This document shows positions 57,465 through 64,000 of a DNA stretch of 64,000 bases, piece by piece. The DNA lies in the IMG/VR virus record IMGVR_UViG_3300046616_000314, positions 186,001 to 250,000 of that record; one strand, 5' to 3'. The stretch's first letter is position 1; each line of letters starts with the position of its first letter. The notes below the pieces were generated by a model that did no database searches, was not told where the DNA came from, and was given only the letters and a program-made list of their open reading frames with translations. Made by a program: the position numbers and the translations under genes.

Positions 57465-60400
57465 TTAAACTCCGTTCCAGTTGGGTACGAAGTTTGACGT
57501 ATATTTTGCCGTGCTAGAGAAATTCAGATTACGATACTGGGTTTCTCTGGAATTTTGCGGAGTTGAACCACTAACGGTGAAATCAGCAAAGTTGTTTACC
57601 GCGAACACGATATTGTTGAATGCGGTCGATCCGGGGTCGATGACGGATGAAGTCGCGATCTGCGTGCCGTTCTGATAGACACGCATTGTCGTACCAGATT
57701 TAACAATAGCAAAGTGCGTCCATACGTTTAGACCGGCGAACGTACCCAAGTCAAACACCGTTCCGTTGTAGTAAGCATTCCAATTTCCGGTTCCGGTTGT
57801 TTGGAATAGACGGAACAGATTGCTTGTTCCGAATGAGAACAAGTGTGGGCTGCTAGTGGCGGTTTGTACACCAACCTTGATCCACAATTCAGCCGTGAAC
57901 GCCGACGATGCAAGAACGCTGAAGCCAGTGCTCGTATTCGAGCGCAAGTACGATAGACCGTTGCACTGCATGACAGTATCGGTGTAGCCATTAGGCGCCG
58001 TGCTAGACACCAGAGCGTTCGTGCCTGCCATGGCAGTCAATGTGATCGTACCAACGGTGGCAACAAGCGGGCTTACCGTGGTATCATTGAAACGCCAGCT
58101 TTGAACCATATTGGGGTTCGTCACTTTGATTGGTTTCAGCAATACCGTACGCGACAGACCTGGGTTTTTATTGCTATCGTAGTTCTTAAGTAGAACAGAA
58201 TAGTTTGAACCCTTATATTCGGGCATTGCGCCACCGATATACTGAGCCGGATTACCACCAACGATGGCGTTAGATACGCCCGGTGGTCCTGTCACGACGA
58301 CGTAGTTGACCGGTGTTGCTGAAGTATTTGAGTATACCGGAGCCACCAAGGCAGAACTTTCGTTCGCAATTGAAATGGTTTCACCACCACCAGTTTCCCA
58401 TTGTGGCGGATTCACATATGCTTTCGTTTGCGGAATGAACGTAGCTGAGTAACGGCTAATTGTCGAAATGCGCAGTTCATCAATGAAGCAAGGCAACGCA
58501 GGACGGTCGTTTTCTCCCGAGCCAGGACCGAAACCACCGATTGTGAGCGGTTGAGACGACCCGGCGGCACCAGCACGAGCAACAGTAGATTGTTGCTCGC
58601 CGTTAACCCATAGGGTTAGGACCGAACCATTTACAGTGACCGCAATGTGATTCCATGTATTCAATGGCAACGGAGCAATAGAGCGCGCCGCTTGGCTATA
58701 TGGATAGGCGGGACCAATGGCGTTAGCACCACCGTTATACGGTGCGCCACCGCCGATTCGACCGTCACCCTCTACGAACAATCCAAAGATTTCATAGACA
58801 TAACCCGATCCTTGGGCATTTCCGGTGGTAACGATCCAACGTCGAGCGGGTGGATATGCAGTCATATACAGTTGCAGTTCAACAGTATATGCGCCTGCAC
58901 TCGCGATGTCGAACCCATCGTGTGTACGGAAAATGTCAAAGCGATCCGAAACTGTAGAAATTTGAATAGAATTTCCACCAAATTTCGACACAATACTTGC
59001 TTGAGCCATACCCGTGACAATTTTACCACGGCGATCATTACCACTCCAATCGCGAATGCTTGTGGCATCCTTGAGACGAGCGGGCGTGAAGTTGGACGAA
59101 TAAACCGCATTGCCGTTAGTGACGCGCAGTTCATTCATATTTCCGAGGAAGAAACATTCGGCGGTACCGATATTCGTTTTACCGATCCAACCATTGGAAC
59201 CAGCCGGGAACGGAATAGCACCGGAGAAAGTTGACGTTCCATAGAGAACGCCGTTCACGAAATAGCTGAATGTTGTTCCGTTGCGAACCCATGCGACGTG
59301 CGTCCATGTCTTGAGCGGAATATCAGCCCCAGTGATTCGAGAATTATGAACGACGAAGCCGTTACTTGTTTCACGGATATGCAGACCTAACCCATTAGGA
59401 ACCGATGTACTATCCCCGGTGATCTGGAAAGAAATACCCCATCTAGCAACATCCGTCGAAGCCCCACCGACACCAACGTTGAGAACGGTTGAGGCGATAC
59501 CGACACCGCCGCCGCCACTATTGCTTAAGCCGTCAAGATAAACCCATGCTTCGACCGTAAAGTTATTCGAAGCCAAGTTCAGGCGTGTAGCACTCGCATT
59601 GGTTACGATCCAGCTAGAGCCGGGGAAGTTATAGGAACCAGAGCCAGAGCGCATGACGTTAGCAGACGCTACGGTGCCAGACGTGCTCAAGGTGTGATTG
59701 CCCGTAAAGTCAACGAGATTATCACCTGGGAATAGCAACGCAGTATTTGCAGCCAGTGCATCGGTTATGCGATCAGCGTGCGACATGAACCAAATACGAT
59801 CTGTGTTCAAATCGGTATTAGCCGGATCATCGTCGGCGTTGATGAAGAAATCACGGGACGTTGTTTTGGAATGGTTATTTGTTGCAATAACTCGTAGCGG
59901 CAGAGATTTCGATTCCGAGACATACGGAATCGTGCCCAAGATCAGACCATTTGAATACAGAGTCAGCGAGTTAGCGAGAACAGCATAATTTGAATCCAAA
60001 GAATAGTTGACTATGCCACCATAGTCTTCATCACGTGCATCAAATTGGAACGAGAACGCTCCGGTTTCAACAGTATTCGCCCCAATCTTGCCCGGTGGCG
60101 TATACCAAACCGGGTGCCCTTGGGGAGTAATCTTCATCGAAAATTCTTTATCGGTACGAATATATCCGTCCGAAACGCCCAATGTGAAATAGTATGTTGT
60201 TTCAATACTGTCGTCAGGAGCAATACCCGAAATATTTCCAGAATTTGCGAAGTCAGAATTGAACGTAATACCGTTAGGCAAAGCATTCGCGACCAAGGAA
60301 TACTGAAGTGTTCCTTGGGGTTGTTGTTGGAAAGGCGTTCCTAGATTGACATCGTTATCCGGGTCCGTGGCTTTGAACGTAAACGACATAGTAGCATTGG

Positions 60401-63400
60401 CGCCAAAATTACCAATGTAATCAGACGTAACCCATTGAGGCGAGCGGTTTTCATTCGTGGTAATTTGGAATGTTCGATCAGTGAACTTACCGGAATTGGT
60501 AATGACTGCGCGTACGACGAACGTAAACGTTTCATTGCCTGTGACTAGAGGCATACGACCAGTGATACGACCGTTGCCTTGAACCTGTAGACTACCGGGA
60601 AGCTTACCACTCGCGCGGCTATAGCTGATAGTTGTCATGTTCGGTTCGTGAGCAACAACATTTGCCGAATAGATCATGTCTTCGGTTCCGCGAGGCAGAA
60701 CCGGTCCAGTATCCCAAATCGGAAGATTTTCTAGAACGGTAGTCGAGAACGATTTGACACTATACGCGGGCGTTGCAGGCGGTGCAGCGGGATCGCGATC
60801 TAGTGTGGCACGAACCGAGAACGAATAAACCGTAGGGGTATTGACGAGCGCGGGCGTGCCGTCGATCACGCCGTTGGCATGAAGAACCAAACCAGCCGGG
60901 AGCGTACCGGATTCCAGCGTATAAATGACATTGGTTTTTACCGTTTGTGTTTGCAATTGGAACGAATACGCAATGCTTTCAACCGGTTGGTCGATATGAT
61001 CTGTCAACCAAACCGGCGGCGAATTGGACCATGAGCGAATTGAAAATTGACGATTGCGATACAACAACCCATCGGACGCTCTGATATATGCAGAATGTTC
61101 AATATACGGCGTAGCTGTAGGGCGACCACCTGGGGTGAATGCATCCACGGTGACGCCAGTACCCGTAATCAAACCATTTGTGTCAACGGTCCAACCTCTG
61201 AATGCAATACCAGAAGCGATGACATCTAGAGTATACTCGATAGTATAACCATCGGGGTCGTACGCTACTAATTGATAATTAATGGGATCGCGTTCATTGA
61301 CTTCCAAGATCAAGCCAGCATTAGTAGTCCACTCAGGATAATGATTGGCAAGAACGCTGATGCTGTAGTTTTCGGTAGGAAGATTGACACCATCCGAAGC
61401 CAAAACAGTAAAATTATACGTGACATCACTGCTAGAGTTTACGTCAGTTGTACCAGAGATTACGCCCGTATTGGTGTCGAAGCTCAAGCCCGGCGGAATA
61501 CCATCGCCACCCGGAAGGATGGCATATTGGATTGTTGAACCGAATGGGTCGATGGCAAGCGGGCTACCATAGGAAGAATCCCAGTTATAACCCGACATGA
61601 TCGTTCCCAAGTTGCCTTGGTTTTGGAATACGGGCGGCTCGTCGTGAACGATGTCCAGGGTATACGTCTTGGTATCGCGCGCACCATCTGGGTCTTCGAC
61701 TTCAACCGTAAAGGTGTACGTGTCAAAGCCCGGTTGAGGATGCGGTGGCGTAGTACCCGTGATGGCGCCGTTGGATTCCAAGGTCATCAAGTTCGGTAAT
61801 GAACCAGCGGTTCGGGTGAACGTGAGGGTTTGGTGTTCCGGGTCAACGGCGTTGATTTGATAGAACACAGGCTTGTTTTCGAGCAAACGAGTTAGCTGAC
61901 CTTGAGGGGTGAGCAATTCTGGGTCTTGGTTTCCGAGGCTCGTCAACGTAAATGTTTTATATGTTTTATTGACAGTATCGGTGACGTAAACAACCACCGA
62001 GTACGTTGTTTGAGTTGCCGTATAAGGCAAATCACCCGTCAACTTACCATCCAAGGACACAGACAGATGGCTTCCCGCTAGCGTAGTGCTATCGAGATAA
62101 TATTCGAGTGGCGGTTGACCGTTGGCGTCCGTAGCCAACAGTTGAATGACAGGAAGGGCGTTATTAGAAATATACGATCCTAGATCGGCATCCGTTTGCC
62201 ACACAGGCGGGAAGTTTTCTTCAACCACCAGATTGAAGGTACGATCCTTTTGCGTCGCGCCGCTGTCTGCCCGAATGGTGAAGGTATAGGTCTGAGAGCC
62301 GCCTTGTAGAGGCGTAGTGCCATCAATAAATGCAGGTTGTCCCGGTGCAGGATTTGGATTGAAGTTCAACCCAAGCGGAAGCGTGCCACTGATCATGGTG
62401 TAATTCATGTTCGCGGCATTATCACCACCGGCTTCAAATGTAAGCGGAGCAATGATTGAATTTTCCAGCACTTTTAGATCAATGGGCGTAATCCACTCAG
62501 GTTCACCCGTGTATAGAATAGTCAACGTGACGCTATGTGTACCGTCATCAACTAGGCTAAACTGCGAGCCGCTGTCTGAAGCCCATGTTCTATCCCACGC
62601 ACCGATGTTGAACGAAACTGTTGTATTTTCGGTTACTGGCGGAAGTTTGCCGCGCATTTCACCCGAAATCATATTCAGTTCGACGCTACCGATGATGTCG
62701 GCTTTATCTCTGAATACGTACGTTGTCGCCCAATGATTTTGATCACCAATGCTCAAAATAGAACCTGGGGACATTCCTAAACCAGTGTATACGATTGCTT
62801 GTGCATTCCAGAAACGTTGATCCGGGTCAAACTGTGTCGGGTCTTGGACACCATTGACCATTGCATCGACCGTATTATAGTCATATGCATTAAACGTAAT
62901 ATTGCTGAATGTTGAATTCTCATTGAACGTAAAGTCGTAAACGTTGTTCGGATTAAGCTTGGGTCCAGTATTGAATAGGGCAGTATACGTCACCATCAAC
63001 GGAACAGAATTATTAATACCATCCGAAGCAACGATGATATCGTATGGTTGCAACGGCGGGATAGCCGCGCGCTCATCGTACTGAATACTTGAATTGGAAG
63101 TAAGTTTGTGACCCCATGGCGGGAAACGCCCGTTCATGGTTTTAGCAACCTTGATGTCCAAATCTTGATTTTGCGACACGTAAGTCATACCCGACCCATT
63201 GTCTAAGACCAGATAGTCTATAACAGTCGTGTTAGTGAGATCATTGTATGGATCAAGATAGTAATTGATAGTATGCCCCTGGCTAATTGGCGCGGTCATG
63301 CCAATGTTTCCGGGTGTAACTAGCGTATTGTTTACATAATAATAAACAAAGTCTCCATTGGGGTCGATTGCATTAATAAGGTGTTCACCACTACGAATTT

Positions 63401-63998
63401 CGGTACGACCAAAAATCGAACCCAAATCAAGAATATGCATTCCAAGCGCAGGATTATATGGAATGTTGCCTTGCCAAACCGGAGGCTTATCTTTATTGAT
63501 GATTACTGTATAGGTAACAGTATTCGTGACGTTCACGCCATCGCTGGCAGTGAATACGAAATCATACGACTCAGAATCGGTATTGATAACCGAATTGTGG
63601 ATTGTGCCCGCGCCCGTAGCAGCGTTGAACGTGTAAAGATTTACCGGTGCATTCGAGCTAACAAGGTGGTACGTGAAGACGTTGGTTTCGCGGTCAGTAA
63701 CGGATACGGTGAACGAACTAGTTGCCGTGTCTTTCTTAGTCAAGATCACGCCACTATTAGCGGTCCAAGTCGGAACAGTGTTGAACCAAGCTGTAACTTT
63801 AGCGTTGGCGCGAAGAATGTGAACACCATCGGTAACTTCGACATCCATAATCATGTCAATGTCTTGGGACGGAGTAGCCGGAAGCGTGCCGCTGACCATG
63901 CCGGTGTTGGCATCAAACACCATCGGCGACCATGTTGACGAATGGACAGTGTAAATTAGATTTGTGCCGTTAGGATCGGTTGCCAGCGGTAATGTAAA
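57465..63998 (-). CDS. Giant virion protein with putative Ig repeats and LamG/ConA-like domains (5' end beyond window)
   Basis: Repeats of P.W.T..A.DPD..Y....G.LP.GL....G.I.GT; FTVEAW..WTHVA..Y.NG..ELR; frame open to the window edge. Confidence 0.88.
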   Translation of the reverse strand, partial: FTLPLATDPNGTNLIYTVHSSTWSPMVFDANTGMVSGTLPATPSQDIDMIMDVEVTDGVHILRANAKVTAWFNTVPTWTANSGVILTKKDTATSSFTVSVTDRETNVFTYHLVSSNAPVNLYTFNAATGAGTIHNSVINTDSESYDFVFTASDGVNVTNTVTYTVIINKDKPPVWQGNIPYNPALGMHILDLGSIFGRTEIRSGEHLINAIDPNGDFVYYYVNNTLVTPGNIGMTAPISQGHTINYYLDPYNDLTNTTVIDYLVLDNGSGMTYVSQNQDLDIKVAKTMNGRFPPWGHKLTSNSSIQYDERAAIPPLQPYDIIVASDGINNSVPLMVTYTALFNTGPKLNPNNVYDFTFNENSTFSNITFNAYDYNTVDAMVNGVQDPTQFDPDQRFWNAQAIVYTGLGMSPGSILSIGDQNHWATTYVFRDKADIIGSVELNMISGEMRGKLPPVTENTTVSFNIGAWDRTWASDSGSQFSLVDDGTHSVTLTILYTGEPEWITPIDLKVLENSIIAPLTFEAGGDNAANMNYTMISGTLPLGLNFNPNPAPGQPAFIDGTTPLQGGSQTYTFTIRADSGATQKDRTFNLVVEENFPPVWQTDADLGSYISNNALPVIQLLATDANGQPPLEYYLDSTTLAGSHLSVSLDGKLTGDLPYTATQTTYSVVVYVTDTVNKTYKTFTLTSLGNQDPELLTPQGQLTRLLENKPVFYQINAVDPEHQTLTFTRTAGSLPNLMTLESNGAITGTTPPHPQPGFDTYTFTVEVEDPDGARDTKTYTLDIVHDEPPVFQNQGNLGTIMSGYNWDSSYGSPLAIDPFGSTIQYAILPGGDGIPPGLSFDTNTGVISGTTDVNSSSDVTYNFTVLASDGVNLPTENYSISVLANHYPEWTTNAGLILEVNERDPINYQLVAYDPDGYTIEYTLDVIASGIAFRGWTVDTNGLITGTGVTVDAFTPGGRPTATPYIEHSAYIRASDGLLYRNRQFSIRSWSNSPPVWLTDHIDQPVESIAYSFQLQTQTVKTNVIYTLESGTLPAGLVLHANGVIDGTPALVNTPTVYSFSVRATLDRDPAAPPATPAYSVKSFSTTVLENLPIWDTGPVLPRGTEDMIYSANVVAHEPNMTTISYSRASGKLPGSLQVQGNGRITGRMPLVTGNETFTFVVRAVITNSGKFTDRTFQITTNENRSPQWVTSDYIGNFGANATMSFTFKATDPDNDVNLGTPFQQQPQGTLQYSLVANALPNGITFNSDFANSGNISGIAPDDSIETTYYFTLGVSDGYIRTDKEFSMKITPQGHPVWYTPPGKIGANTVETGAFSFQFDARDEDYGGIVNYSLDSNYAVLANSLTLYSNGLILGTIPYVSESKSLPLRVIATNNHSKTTSRDFFINADDDPANTDLNTDRIWFMSHADRITDALAANTALLFPGDNLVDFTGNHTLSTSGTVASANVMRSGSGSYNFPGSSWIVTNASATRLNLASNNFTVEAWVYLDGLSNSGGGGVGIASTVLNVGVGGASTDVARWGISFQITGDSTSVPNGLGLHIRETSNGFVVHNSRITGADIPLKTWTHVAWVRNGTTFSYFVNGVLYGTSTFSGAIPFPAGSNGWIGKTNIGTAECFFLGNMNELRVTNGNAVYSSNFTPARLKDATSIRDWSGNDRRGKIVTGMAQASIVSKFGGNSIQISTVSDRFDIFRTHDGFDIASAGAYTVELQLYMTAYPPARRWIVTTGNAQGSGYVYEIFGLFVEGDGRIGGGAPYNGGANAIGPAYPYSQAARSIAPLPLNTWNHIAVTVNGSVLTLWVNGEQQSTVARAGAAGSSQPLTIGGFGPGSGENDRPALPCFIDELRISTISRYSATFIPQTKAYVNPPQWETGGGETISIANESSALVAPVYSNTSATPVNYVVVTGPPGVSNAIVGGNPAQYIGGAMPEYKGSNYSVLLKNYDSNKNPGLSRTVLLKPIKVTNPNMVQSWRFNDTTVSPLVATVGTITLTAMAGTNALVSSTAPNGYTDTVMQCNGLSYLRSNTSTGFSVLASSAFTAELWIKVGVQTATSSPHLFSFGTSNLFRLFQTTGTGNWNAYYNGTVFDLGTFAGLNVWTHFAIVKSGTTMRVYQNGTQIATSSVIDPGSTAFNNIVFAVNNFADFTVSGSTPQNSRETQYRNLNFSSTAKYTSNFVPNWNGV

Positions 63999-64000
63999 TG

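Noticed and set aside
1-64000. Genome-wide TAG recoding suggested by the CUA-like tRNA
   Set aside because: Conserved genes are uninterrupted and several end at TAG at the expected length (RNA ligase, glycosylase, HAD protein).
1-64000. Bacterial chromosome origin suggested by clpXP, infA, rpsU and cca
   Set aside because: rIIA/rIIB, T4-type topoisomerase, Rnl1, TATAAATA promoters and dense small ORFs indicate a phage.

Overview
This window is 64 kb of a large lytic T4-like (jumbo) phage genome, probably infecting an alphaproteobacterium; host is inferred from Clp, IF-1, Smr and SleB similarity plus GANTC and CtrA-like motifs. Core and accessory genes include topoisomerase II (two subunits), rIIA/rIIB, ClpX/ClpP/ClpS, ribosomal S21, IF-1, a MoxR-vWA pair, SpeD, MazG-like enzymes and a giant Ig/LamG virion protein. 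There is a full tRNA maintenance kit: Rnl1-type RNA ligase, PNK-like kinase, RlaP-like nucleotidyltransferase, CCA-adding enzyme, and two truncated class II aminoacyl-tRNA synthetase cores (His and Ser-like). The main finding is an unannotated 28-codon leader peptide (17011..16925, minus strand, MFVSSSHSYCYSSHALSGQGTSREGYKD) followed by a terminator/antiterminator. Its codons 4-14 use only Ser, His, Tyr and Cys, exactly the identities of the seven tRNAs downstream (all four Ser isoacceptors, Tyr, Cys, His, plus a mini-HisRS). This looks like ribosome-mediated attenuation that turns on a phage tRNA operon when those tRNAs are depleted. Two other leaders built around UAG codons and four non-canonical tRNA-like RNAs may belong to the same translation-surveillance layer. 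Everything was read by eye; no database searches were run.
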